DNA of 63,951 bases, the filler included, from Nitrospinota bacterium (lineage in GTDB: Bacteria > JADFOP01): the NCBI GenBank assembly GCA_022562795.1. It is 3 parts of 3 records of this genome, joined end to end, with 100 filler letters (N's around TTAATTAATTAA, not from the genome) between each part and the next. Parts side by side here need not be neighbours in the genome. Positions count along the whole stretch, not along the records: positions 1 to 31,040 come from JADFOP010000024.1; 2 more parts are not named here. One strand, given 5' to 3'. The first letter of the stretch is position 1. Each line of letters begins with the position of its first letter. A program made the translations under genes and the position numbers. Positions 20,060 through 30,400 of this stretch are shown in pieces. Under the pieces are notes generated by a model. The model was given only the letters and a program-made list of their open reading frames with translations. It did no database searches and had not been told where the DNA came from.

Positions 20060-21166
20060 GTGAGGCAAGCCAAATGGCAAATGGCCGCCTACAGCAGGGC
20101 CGATTTTGACCGAAGTCCCTTTTTGGTCTTCTGGGAGATCACACAGGCCTGCGACTTGGTCTGCAAACATTGTCGAGCGTGCGCACAGCCGGACCGTCAC
20201 CCTGCTGAGCTCAACGGCCACCTCTGCCGCCGGCTTATCGAACAGCTTGCCACCTTCCCTCACAAGCCCGTGCTCGTCCTAACCGGGGGCGATCCCATGA
20301 AGCGCGATGATGTGTTCGACATCGTCCGCTCAGGCGTCGAGGCGGGTCTCACTGTAACGATGACCCCTTCACCCACGCCCTTGGTGACGCCCCAGGCGAT
20401 TGAGCAGCTGCAGGCGGCTGGGCTCAGCCGCCTGGCCGTCTCGCTCGACGGCGCCGATGCCGCCACTCACGACGGTATCCGAGGGGTGTCCGGCAGTTTC
20501 CAGCGCGCCCTCCAGGTCATTCGCGAGGCCCGCGCCACGGGTCTCCCCGTCCAGATAAACACCACCATCTCCAAGCGCAACGTCGAGCAGGTCGATGCGA
20601 TGGCCGCCTTCATCGCCAACCTCGACATCATCCTCTGGTCCGTTTTCTTTCTCGTGCCGGTCGGCCGAGGCGTGGACGAGGAGCGGATCGAACCCGAGCA
20701 CTACGAAGCGGTTTTCGAGCGTCTATGGCGCCACGCCCAGCGGAAGCCCTACAGCATCCAGACCACCGAAGCGCACCACTACCGCCGCTTCGTGTTACAA
20801 GATGGCGGCAACCCCCAGCGCGGCACCGGCGAAGTCGCGGCGGGGGCCGACCCGGTTCAACGCGCCCCGCTCGGCGTGAGCGACGGCAAAGGATGCATGT
20901 TCGTAAGCCACATCGGCCAGATCTTCCCCAGCGGCTTCTTGCCCATCGAGGCTGGCCGCTTCCCCCGCGATTCGGTCGTGGACGTGTACCAAAACGCTCC
21001 TCTTTTCATGGAGCTGCGCGACCCCGACCGTTTCGGAGGGAAGTGCGGGCGCTGCGAGTTCCGTCATATCTGCGGGGGCTCACGCGCCCGGGCCTACGCC
21101 GTCACCGGCGATTACCTGGCCGCCGAACCCGACTGCGTCTATCAGCCAGCCGAGCCTAGAGACTAG
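20060..21166 (+). CDS. Radical SAM/SPASM protein, NirJ/AhbD-like (heme biosynthesis related)
   Basis: GTG start after GGAGGAGG; FWEITQACDLVCKHCRA; GKCGRCEFRHICGGSRARAY...EPDC SPASM domain. Confidence 0.85.
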   Translation: MRQAKWQMAAYSRADFDRSPFLVFWEITQACDLVCKHCRACAQPDRHPAELNGHLCRRLIEQLATFPHKPVLVLTGGDPMKRDDVFDIVRSGVEAGLTVTMTPSPTPLVTPQAIEQLQAAGLSRLAVSLDGADAATHDGIRGVSGSFQRALQVIREARATGLPVQINTTISKRNVEQVDAMAAFIANLDIILWSVFFLVPVGRGVDEERIEPEHYEAVFERLWRHAQRKPYSIQTTEAHHYRRFVLQDGGNPQRGTGEVAAGADPVQRAPLGVSDGKGCMFVSHIGQIFPSGFLPIEAGRFPRDSVVDVYQNAPLFMELRDPDRFGGKCGRCEFRHICGGSRARAYAVTGDYLAAEPDCVYQPAEPRD

Positions 21167-21181
21167 GTGTGGCGGCGTCGT

Positions 21182-21616
21182 TCAAGGGCCTGGAGGCTGG
21201 AGGGAGACAACGGGAGGAGAGGCCATCCGGACGGTGGTCAACATATTGACAATGAAGAGGCCGATGCCAGCAGTGATAGCCACGCCAAAGATTCCCGCTA
21301 AGTGCTCCCAGCTCTTTGCGCCCCTCGCACCCAGAGTCCATGTTATCGCCATACCGATCAGCCCTACGTTGGTCAGCCAGAAGTGGGGCCAGATGAGCCT
21401 GGGGTATCGCATGGGCCGGCCGCTGAACCGGGGCATTACGTGATAAGTCACCCCGAAGATCATCATGCTCACCCACCCGAGGAGGTTGATGTGCGCGTGC
21501 ACCCGAAAAATGACCGCCATCGCGGCCGGATGAAAGATCATCACCAGGCCGAGGACGGCCCCAACGGCAAGGTAGAAGAGACTCATATAGACAAACCAGA
21601 GGGTGCTTTTATCCAT
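21182..21616 (-). CDS. 4-TM membrane protein resembling the N-terminus of heme-copper oxidase subunit I
   Basis: HAHINLLGWVSMMIFGVTYHVMPRF motif; four hydrophobic helices. Confidence 0.75.
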   Translation of the reverse strand: MDKSTLWFVYMSLFYLAVGAVLGLVMIFHPAAMAVIFRVHAHINLLGWVSMMIFGVTYHVMPRFSGRPMRYPRLIWPHFWLTNVGLIGMAITWTLGARGAKSWEHLAGIFGVAITAGIGLFIVNMLTTVRMASPPVVSLQPPGP

Positions 21617-21728
21617 GTCTAATCTCCTATATCAGAGAAATTATCGCAAAAGCATACTTTGTGGCGACCATGGGGTTCAGCTGTCGCACCGAGACACCTT
21701 TGATGAACTACATTTTCCCTTGTTATAC

Positions 21729-21744
21729 CTTGACTTAAGTCAAG
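21729..21744. promoter_or_regulatory. Second copy of palindrome CTTGACTTAAGTCAAG in a divergent promoter region
   Basis: Exact match to 2856-2871. Confidence 0.7.
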
Positions 21745-21835
21745 CATGCTACCCGCGGAGAATCATATATTAAATAGAGCTATCATATCCATCCCCAAGG
21801 GGTTCTTGACCGGGACATATAGAGGAGACCAACGT

Positions 21836-22588
21836 ATGATAACCAGGGACCAGACTATCAATGAAATAACCCGCAGCTACCCTTATACCATCGAAATCTT
21901 CAACCGGTTCAGAGTCGACGCCTGCTGCGGCGGAGCCCATTCCATAGCCGAGACGATAGGAGCCAATGGGCTAGAGGACCTCACGTCACTGCTGCATTCC
22001 CTCAATCGAAAGACACGTGGGCTCGGAGATAAGTCCCTCGCCGAGGTGATTGAGGAGATCGAGACATCTCACCACGTCTACCTAAAGCAGGAACTCCCTG
22101 CATTGCAGGAAATATTAGATCGACTGGCTGATGAGGCCGAGGGGGGGCCTGCGGCCGCTCCAGCCTTGGAGCTTCGCCGGGCTTTGTCTGCCATGGCAGT
22201 CGAGATCAACGAGCACCTCTTTAAAGAGGAACGGATTCTGTTCCCCACAATCCTGCGGATCGAGGCAGCCCTAGGCGGTGAGGGCCGGATCGACCAGTCC
22301 ATTTTCGGATGCGGCACGAAAGGGCCAATCGACCATATGCACTACGAACACAAGCAGGCCAAGGGTGGGCTCGAGCGGATCGACGAGGCCCTGCGGGCGC
22401 TCGAAGCGACGGGCACGGTGGCTGAGGCAACGGCGATGCTTAGGCCCCGGCTGGAAAGGCTCCACGACGATCTGCTTGAACATATCCGGGCCGAGGAGGA
22501 GGACCTCTTCCCCCGTGCCTTGGACCTGGAGGAACAAGCCCTAGCACAGGTGGGCCAAGCCCCCCCTGACTCAGGAGGGAGGGGATAA
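21836..22588 (+). CDS. ric: Iron-sulfur cluster repair di-iron protein (Ric/YtfE/ScdA)
   Basis: DACCGG N-terminal motif; hemerythrin ligands HH.YL, HLFKEE..LFP, MHYEH, HIRAEE..LFP; RBS GAGGAG. Confidence 0.88.
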   Translation: MITRDQTINEITRSYPYTIEIFNRFRVDACCGGAHSIAETIGANGLEDLTSLLHSLNRKTRGLGDKSLAEVIEEIETSHHVYLKQELPALQEILDRLADEAEGGPAAAPALELRRALSAMAVEINEHLFKEERILFPTILRIEAALGGEGRIDQSIFGCGTKGPIDHMHYEHKQAKGGLERIDEALRALEATGTVAEATAMLRPRLERLHDDLLEHIRAEEEDLFPRALDLEEQALAQVGQAPPDSGGRG

Positions 22589-22589
22589 C

Positions 22590-24521
22590 ATGACGCGTGG
22601 GGTCGCCCAGAAGGTGCTGGAGGCGCACCTTGTCTCCGGCACGCTCCGGGCCGGTGAAGAGATCGCCATCACGATCGACCAGACTCTTACCCAAGATGCG
22701 ACGGGAACGATGGCCTGCCTCCAGTTCGAAGCCCTGGGACTGTCCACGGTCCGGACCAAGCGCTCAGTGAGTTATGTAGACCACAACACTCTCCAGACCG
22801 GATTTGAGAGCGCCGACGATCACCTGTTTCTACAAACGATGGCAGCGAGGTACGGTATCTACTTCTCTCGCCCTGGCAACGGCATCTGCCACCAGGTCCA
22901 CATCGAGCGGTTCGGCGTTCCTGGCGAAACCCTCCTGGGCAGCGACAGCCACACGCCGACTGGCGGCGGCCTCGGCATGATCGCAATCGGCTCCGGAGGG
23001 CTCGATGTCGCCGTAGCGATGGGGGGCGGGCCGTTCTGGCTGACCATGCCGAAGATTCTTTACGTCAACCTCACCGGTCGCCTTCGGCCGTGGGTATCGG
23101 CCAAAGACATCATCCTTGAGTTACTACGGCGCTTGTCTGTCAAAGGGGGCATCGGCCGTATCCTTGAGTACGGCGGCCCGGCCGTCAAATATCTCTCGGT
23201 CCCCGAGCGCTCGACCATCGCCAACATGGGGGCCGAGCTCGGGGCTACGACGAGCATCTTCCCCAGCGATGAGCGGACAAGGGCCTTCCTCAAGGCGCAG
23301 CGCCGGGCGAAGGACTGGCGAGAGCTGAAACCAGACAATGGTGCCCAGTACGACGAGGAGATGGAAATCAGCCTTCGTGAGCTGGAGCCGCTTATCGCCT
23401 GTCCCCACAGTCCTGACAACGTCAAGAAAGTTAACGAGATACAAGGAACGAAAGTCCACCAGGTCTGTGTTGGAAGCTGCACCAACTCTTCCTTTATGGA
23501 TCTCATGGTCGTAGCTCAGACCCTCAAGGGAAGGCACATCCATCCTGGGCTTTCCATGGTCCTCACCCCAGGCAGCAAACAGGTGCTGCAGATGATCTCG
23601 GAAAACGGGGCCCTCACCGACCTCATTGCCGCCGGGGTCCGGGTGCTCGAGAGCGCCTGCGGGCCGTGCATCGGCATGGGGCAAGCGCCTCCTTCGGGCG
23701 CCGTTTCGGTTCGGACCTTCAACCGGAACTTCGTGGGCCGATCTGGCACCATGGACGCCCAGGTCTATCTCTCAAGCCCAGAGACTGCCGTTGCATGTGC
23801 GCTAGCGGGCGAAATTACCGACCCTCGGACCCTTGGCCCATATCAGCGCTATGCGCTCCCGAGGCGGTTTGCGGTGGACGATACGATGATAATCACCCCG
23901 GCTCCTGCCGAGGAGGCAAAAAAAGTCCGGGTGGTCCGGGGGCCAAACATCGCCCCGTTGCCAATCAGCAACCCCCTGCCCGACGAGATCAAGGCAGAGG
24001 TGCTATTGAAGCTCGGGGACAATATCACCACCGACCATATATTGCCCGCCGGCGCAAAGGTCCTGCCGCTTAGAAGCAACATCCCGAAAATCAGCGAATT
24101 TGTCTTCTCCGGAGTGGACCCGTCCTTCTGCGAGCGGGCCAAAGCCGCCGGGGCTGGCGTCGTCGTGGGCGGCGAGAACTACGGCCAGGGCTCGAGCCGC
24201 GAGCACGCCGCCCTGGCCCCCATGTACCTGGGGATCAAGGCCGTGCTTGCCAGGTCCTTCGCCCGCATCCACTACGCCAACCTTATCAATTTCGGCATCC
24301 TACCATTGACGTTTGCGGACCCTGCAGATTACGAGAAAATCGAGCAGGGCGATACTCTGGAGATGACCAACCTACTGAAGACCCTTCGAGAGGAGGAACC
24401 TCTGACGGTCGAGAACATTACCAAAGAGGTTACGATCCCGTTAACCTGCGACCTGACACCTCGCCAGAAGGAGATCATCATCCACGGCGGCCTGCTCAAC
24501 GCTACCAAACAAGCGTCATGA
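22590..24521 (+). CDS. Aconitate hydratase (short single-chain type)
   Basis: QDATGT, GICHQVH, GSDSHT, VGSCTN, CGPCIGMG, NYGQGSSREHA. Confidence 0.93.
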   Translation: MTRGVAQKVLEAHLVSGTLRAGEEIAITIDQTLTQDATGTMACLQFEALGLSTVRTKRSVSYVDHNTLQTGFESADDHLFLQTMAARYGIYFSRPGNGICHQVHIERFGVPGETLLGSDSHTPTGGGLGMIAIGSGGLDVAVAMGGGPFWLTMPKILYVNLTGRLRPWVSAKDIILELLRRLSVKGGIGRILEYGGPAVKYLSVPERSTIANMGAELGATTSIFPSDERTRAFLKAQRRAKDWRELKPDNGAQYDEEMEISLRELEPLIACPHSPDNVKKVNEIQGTKVHQVCVGSCTNSSFMDLMVVAQTLKGRHIHPGLSMVLTPGSKQVLQMISENGALTDLIAAGVRVLESACGPCIGMGQAPPSGAVSVRTFNRNFVGRSGTMDAQVYLSSPETAVACALAGEITDPRTLGPYQRYALPRRFAVDDTMIITPAPAEEAKKVRVVRGPNIAPLPISNPLPDEIKAEVLLKLGDNITTDHILPAGAKVLPLRSNIPKISEFVFSGVDPSFCERAKAAGAGVVVGGENYGQGSSREHAALAPMYLGIKAVLARSFARIHYANLINFGILPLTFADPADYEKIEQGDTLEMTNLLKTLREEEPLTVENITKEVTIPLTCDLTPRQKEIIIHGGLLNATKQAS

Positions 24522-24602
24522 GGAAGGCGGGGCAGTGTGAAATGAACCCCCATTGGAATCTTTCTTAGAGATGGCGTTGATAGGTTGAAGATGTAAAGTC
24601 CC

Positions 24603-25886
24603 ATGAAGGAAGCTGCTTGTCTAGTGACTACTCCTTCGTACTCTCCTAACGTTACCCTCCTTTCCCGGCTCGCCGCGCTTGGGGAGCCCGAATCCGGCCA
24701 GGTAGCGGCGGTACTGGATCGGGCCTGCCAGGCCAAGGGCCTGGTACCCGAGGAGGCGGCGGTGTTATTGGCTGTCACCGATCCTGAGACTCTCCAGGCT
24801 ATCTTCCAGGCTGCCCACGATGTCAAAACAGCCATCTGGGGGCCGCGAGTACGGCTCTTTGCCCCCCTCTATCTGACGAACGACTGCCATAGCAATTGCC
24901 TCTACTGTGGATTCCGGAGCGACAACGTCTTGCTGAAGCGGCGCACCCTGACTATGGAGGAAGCGCTGGCCGAGGGCCGCTTCCTGGAACAGGAGGGCTT
25001 CCAGCGCATCCTCTTGGTCTGCGCCGACGTGCGGGAGCTTTCCTATCTCGACGAGGTGCTCCGCATCATGGAGGCCCTCTACGAGCAGATTGGGCTTCGA
25101 ACCATCAACCTCAACATCGCTCCGCCGTCGGTCGCCCAGCTGCGGCGGTTTCGGGAGGCGGGCGCAGCGATGTATCAGAGCTTCCAGGAGACATACCACC
25201 CTGAGGTCTACCGCTGGGTTCACCCTGAGGGGCGAAAGAAGGTTTTCGCCTGGCGGCTCGCCTCCATGGAGCGTGCCCTGGAGGCGGGATTCACCCTCCT
25301 CGGAATGGGGACCCTCTTGGGCCTTTGCCCGTATCGCTATGATGTCCTTGCCCTCATCGACCACGTCCTCCACCTGCGGGAGCGCTACGGCGTGACCCCG
25401 GCCGCAATCAACGTCCCCCGGATGAGGCCGGCTCTTGGTGCTCCTTTGACCGAAGCCCCTAACCCTGTCGACGACGAGGCCCTCAAGCAAATCATCGCGG
25501 TCTACCGGCTGGCGGTGCCTGAGGCGAGCATTGCCGTCTCCACGCGGGAGCCGGCGGCCCTGCGTGAGGAGACGCTCTTTCTCGGCGCTTCTCAGCTCTC
25601 GGCCGGATCGCGCACCGATCCGGGGGGCTACCATGAGGCTGACCATGCTTCCGCCGAGCAGTTCGTAATACAAGATGACCGGCCCTTAAAGATGGTCATT
25701 GGAGCCCTCCTGCGCCGTGGGCTGCTGCCGGACCTTTACGCACCCCGGTGCCTGGGCAACGGGGAGGAGGAGCCTTACGCCCTGACCGCCCTGTTGCCTT
25801 CCCCCGGCGCAGCCGATCAGACCAGGGCGCTCCTGGCGCTCGCCGACTATTTGGAGCGTCGGCCCCCCCTATCACAATTATGCTGA
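24603..25886 (+). CDS. Radical SAM tyrosine-lyase family protein (ThiH/HydG-like, BATS domain)
   Basis: FAPLYLTNDCHSNCLYCGF, FQETYH, STRE, SAGSRTDPGGY, QF...D.R. Confidence 0.85.
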   Translation: MKEAACLVTTPSYSPNVTLLSRLAALGEPESGQVAAVLDRACQAKGLVPEEAAVLLAVTDPETLQAIFQAAHDVKTAIWGPRVRLFAPLYLTNDCHSNCLYCGFRSDNVLLKRRTLTMEEALAEGRFLEQEGFQRILLVCADVRELSYLDEVLRIMEALYEQIGLRTINLNIAPPSVAQLRRFREAGAAMYQSFQETYHPEVYRWVHPEGRKKVFAWRLASMERALEAGFTLLGMGTLLGLCPYRYDVLALIDHVLHLRERYGVTPAAINVPRMRPALGAPLTEAPNPVDDEALKQIIAVYRLAVPEASIAVSTREPAALREETLFLGASQLSAGSRTDPGGYHEADHASAEQFVIQDDRPLKMVIGALLRRGLLPDLYAPRCLGNGEEEPYALTALLPSPGAADQTRALLALADYLERRPPLSQLC

Positions 25887-25936
25887 GTGCTGTTGGGGTG
25901 TCTTTGAACACCCCGATGGTGCCGTTAGTGGTCTTT

Positions 25937-27256
25937 ATGGACCCTCGCCTATTAGATAGCATTCTGGGTATCATTATTGGAAGCGCCGAGGGGGCCTTTT
26001 TACAGGTCACCGTCTTCGTGGGGGCGGTTCTCCTGCTTTTTAGTTACATTAACTTCCGCAGCCACGGGGCGCTCATCCGCACCATTCAGGAGCGAAAACA
26101 ATGGCAGCCCGTCATCGGAGCCTTTTTGGGCCTTACCCCGGGATGTGGAGGAGCCATTTTCATAATGCCCCTCTACCTCAAGGGCTCCGTTACCTTCGGG
26201 ACGGTCGTGGCGACGCTCATCGCCACGGCGGGTGACTCGGCGTTTGTGATGATTTCAAAGCTTCCCCTGCACTTCGTCGTGATAAGTCTCCTCTCGCTCC
26301 TCGCCGCAATTCTTACGGGCTACGTGGTGGACTATTACGGCTTCGGGGAACACTTGATTCGGGCGCGAGAGAAAAAGAGCGAGCAAGAGCTAGAGAGGAT
26401 GCATCAAAAGGCCGACCATATGCTGCAAAACGTGGAGTGCGCTACTATCACCGGCGGACAGAGTGATCTCATCACCCATATAGGCCATGAGGAAGGAGAC
26501 GAGGTCGACCTCATAATGCATCATACAGTCAAGGGGCATCAGCGGCTCGACACCCTCGGTTATTGGGTCACGCACAAAGGCAGCGGATTCTATTGGGCGT
26601 TTATCACCATCGGGTTGGTCTTGGGCATCATGCTGCTGTTCCAGGTTGGTGTCAACCAATTGAGAATCCCAAAACTGGTTACCGCAATCGGTGTAACGGG
26701 CACCGCATTTTCCATCGTCCTCATGGTCATGGGCGAAAAGTTTCTGGCGGACGACACTCTCGAAGAGGCAGAATTGAAGCTGATGTCGTTGAAGGAGACG
26801 TTAATTCACAATGCCCAGGAGACTGCTTTCGTTGGGACGTGGGTGTTTATCGCGTATCTTCTGTACGGATCCGTGATATTACTGATGGGAGAAGGAGACT
26901 ACGCCCGGGGCGAGCTTCTCGCGCAGGGCCTGATGACCTCTGCGGGGTTGGCGGCGGTAGTTGTCGGAGTCCTCATCGGTCTCATCCCAGGATGTGGGCC
27001 TCAGATTATTTTTGTCACGTTATTCGTCAAGGGATGGCTACCGTTCTCCGCGCTCGTGGCCAATGCAATTTCCCAAGACGGGGATGCGCTGTTTCCTCTC
27101 ATCGCGATGGATAAACGATCGGCTCTGTGGGCAACAGCTATTACTACCGTGCCCGCCTTGATCTTTGGAGTGTCCCTGTATTATCTAGAAATCAGTTGGA
27201 TAGGAGATACGTTAAAGGTTGCCGTAGACAGCCTGGTGACCATGTTCTTCGGATAA
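25937..27256 (+). CDS. Putative manganese/heavy-metal transporter (multi-TM)
   Basis: Duplicated LTPGCGGA / LIPGCGPQI motifs, ANAISQDGDALFP, His-rich loop; start uncertain. Confidence 0.8.
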   Translation: MDPRLLDSILGIIIGSAEGAFLQVTVFVGAVLLLFSYINFRSHGALIRTIQERKQWQPVIGAFLGLTPGCGGAIFIMPLYLKGSVTFGTVVATLIATAGDSAFVMISKLPLHFVVISLLSLLAAILTGYVVDYYGFGEHLIRAREKKSEQELERMHQKADHMLQNVECATITGGQSDLITHIGHEEGDEVDLIMHHTVKGHQRLDTLGYWVTHKGSGFYWAFITIGLVLGIMLLFQVGVNQLRIPKLVTAIGVTGTAFSIVLMVMGEKFLADDTLEEAELKLMSLKETLIHNAQETAFVGTWVFIAYLLYGSVILLMGEGDYARGELLAQGLMTSAGLAAVVVGVLIGLIPGCGPQIIFVTLFVKGWLPFSALVANAISQDGDALFPLIAMDKRSALWATAITTVPALIFGVSLYYLEISWIGDTLKVAVDSLVTMFFG

Positions 27257-27407
27257 TCTTAAGCCTCTTGTTTGTTGGCAAACTCTAGAGATAGTAGCTT
27301 GTCCATCGGTTGGATAAGAGAAGCGTCTCGGTAGGATCGGTGGGGGCGATGAGCGCCGCTTTTCCGAAATCAAGTACAACGCAGCAAAAGCCTAATGGGT
27401 CCGCCAT

Positions 27408-30400
27408 ATGATTGACTCCGCCCACACTCGCGCCGCCATCAGTGATCTACTCCAGGCGACCTCCTGCGGCCAACGGGAGCTCCGCCTGCTGAAGTCTCTT
27501 GGCTTCACGGACGTGAAGCGGGCCTGGACAAACATCGCTTCGCTTCGAGAGACCATCGGCCCGGCCGACCCGACCGGCCACCTTCTGCCAACCTTCCTGT
27601 CCGAGCTTGTACAGGGGTTCGACGCCGAGGTTGGCCTCAATGCCGCGGAGCGGCTCGCAGCCTCCCTGGAGACACCCGAGCGCCTCGTTCCGCTCTGCCT
27701 GGAGGACGCCTCGAGCCGGCGGGCCCTGGTGGCTTGCCTATCGGGTAGCCCCTACCTCTCTGAGATGCTCATAAGCGAACCTAAGCTCCTGGAGGAAGTC
27801 TTCGGAAGCGGCGAGCTTGGCCGTAGTGTCTTCAAGGACGAGCTAGAGGCTGAGCTCGCTCGCCAGCTGGAAAAGGCCGAGGGAATGGAAGGGGCCATGA
27901 AGGTCTTGCGGCGCTTCCGCCGACGGGCCTTCCTCCGCCTCGGCCTTAGGGACCTCATGAGGGAGGCGGAGTTGACCGAAACGGTAGAGGACCTCTCCAA
28001 CTTGGCCGATGCCTGCCTCGATGCTGGCCTCGGCTTCGTGGAGAACCTCCTTAGAGCTCGATTCGGCGAGCCCCGCTACACCGACAGTGAGGGGGTCGAG
28101 CGCCTGGGCGAGTTTTGCGTCATCGGGATGGGAAAGCTCGGCGGCCAGGAGCTCAACTTCTCATCCGACATCGATCTTATGTACGTCTACGCCTCCGAGC
28201 GGGGTAAAACGACAGGGATTAGAGAACCCTCCGGCCGCCTGACGGGCCAGATCGAGCTCCACGAGTATTACACCCGACTCTCCCAGGAACTCACCCGGCT
28301 CATCGGGGAGCGGACGGCCGACGGGGTCGTCTTCCGCGTAGACCTCCGCCTTCGACCCGAGGGAAAAAGCGGTAACATCTGCGCAAGCCTGAGGACCTAC
28401 GAGCTCTACTACGAGTCGTGGGGCCAAACGTGGGAGCGCCAAGCGCTCCTTAAGGCCCGGCCCGTAGCCGGAAGCCGCCAGCTGGGTGAGGCCTTTCTTG
28501 CCACCATTACCCCCTTCATCTTTCGCAAATACCTTGACTTCGACGCCATCCAGGAAATCCGGGGGATGAAGGAGCGAATCGACAGCCGCCTGGGCATCTC
28601 CGCCCCTAAGGGAGCCCACCACGTCAAGCTCGGGGCTGGCGGCATCCGGGAAGTGGAGTTCGTCATCCAGGCGTTCCAGATGCTGTATGGGGGCCAAGAC
28701 CAATGGCTTCGGGAGGACAACTCCCTGCGGGCCCTCCACCGGCTCTCCGAGCGTGGCCACATCACGTTTGACGAGTACGCCAAGCTCACTAAGGCCTACA
28801 CGTTCCTCAGGGAGCTGGAAAACCGCATTCAGATGACCTACGGCCTCCAGGCCCATAAGATCCCGGATGACGAGAAATCCCGGGCCGCCCTGGCCAGGAA
28901 AATGGGCTTGGAGGGCGACACACCAGACGAGCTCGCCTCCGCGCTATTGAACGCCTACGAGCACCACACGGCTCGGGTCCGGACGGTCTATAACAAATTC
29001 TTCTACACGGCGGATGTGGAGGAGGCAAGCGTCCCGGATAAGGAATATGGCTGGCTCTTCGATCCGGAACTTCGCACGGAAGCCCTCAAGCGCCTCGAAG
29101 CCCTGGGATTCGCTCACCCTGAGAGGGCGGCCAATGACCTCATTCTCCTCCACGATGGCTCCCCCGGCCGCCACCCCTCGGCCCACAGCAGGTTGCTCCT
29201 TCGGCGCCTGGTCCCCACACTCCTGGAGCACCTCAAGACGTTGGCCGACCCCGATATGGCGCTCCGCCACTTCGAGGCATTCATCAACGCCTCTGAGGCG
29301 AGGGAAATGGAAATTTCGATGCTACTGGACCACCCAAGCCTCCTTAAACACCTCCTGGCCCTCTTCGGCCACTCGGAGTTTCTATCCTCCGTCCTCCTTC
29401 GCCAGCCCAACCTGTTTAACACCCTTGTAGACCCGGCCATCATCACTGAACCTGTATCGGCCCCTGCCTTTGAGCGAGAGCTTCACCGAACCCTGGATGC
29501 GATCGACGGCCCAGAGCGGCGCCGAGAAGAGCTCCGTCGGCTAAAAAAGGCGGCGGAGCTTAGAATCGGGCTACGCCACCTCTGGGGCGAGTGCGATCTT
29601 AAGGAGGCCTTTGGCGAGCTAACGGTCGTGGCCGAGGCCGCCCTTCGCTGGGCATTGGCCTCGGCCGAGGAAGAGGCCCTCTCCACCTACGGCCAGCCCC
29701 GCGAGGGGCGAGAAGGGCAGTACCGACCGGCAACCTTCACCGTTATCGGCCTTGGCAAGCTCGGTGGTCGTGAGCTCGACTTCGGCTCAGACCTCGATGT
29801 CATGTTTGTCTTTTCCAAAGAGGGGACCACCGACGGGCGCGGAGCAACGGGCGAGGCCCTGACCAATAGCGCATATTTCTCCCTGCTTGCCCAGCGCATC
29901 ATTCACATCCTCTCATCGACAACCCAGAGCGGCTACGCCTACAAAGTCGATGCCAGGCTTCGGCCAGATGGGATTCATGCGCCCCTGGTCCACAATCTGG
30001 CCGGCCTGAAAGCTTATTACCCGGAGCGTGGCCGGCTCTGGGAGCGGCAGGCCATGATCCGGGCCCGCGCCGTGGCGGGCGAAGAGGCGCTGGGCCGTGC
30101 CGTCATCGAACTGCTGGAGGCGTTCGCATACGGAAGCCCCATCGGCCCAGAGGACATCTTGGCTATGGACGCCATGCGTCGCCGTATGGAGCGAGAGCGG
30201 GTACGGGAGGGCACGGGACGGCGCAACTTTAAGCTTGGTCGGGGTGGGCTGGCCGACATCGAGTTTGCCTGCCAAATTCTCCAGCTCGCCTACGGGCGAG
30301 AGCACCCGGAGGTCCGGGGCCCCAACACCCTCAAGGCGATAGAGCGGCTAGTGGCTGCGGGGGGGCTTGAGCCTACAGAGGGCGAAACCCTAGCAGAGGC

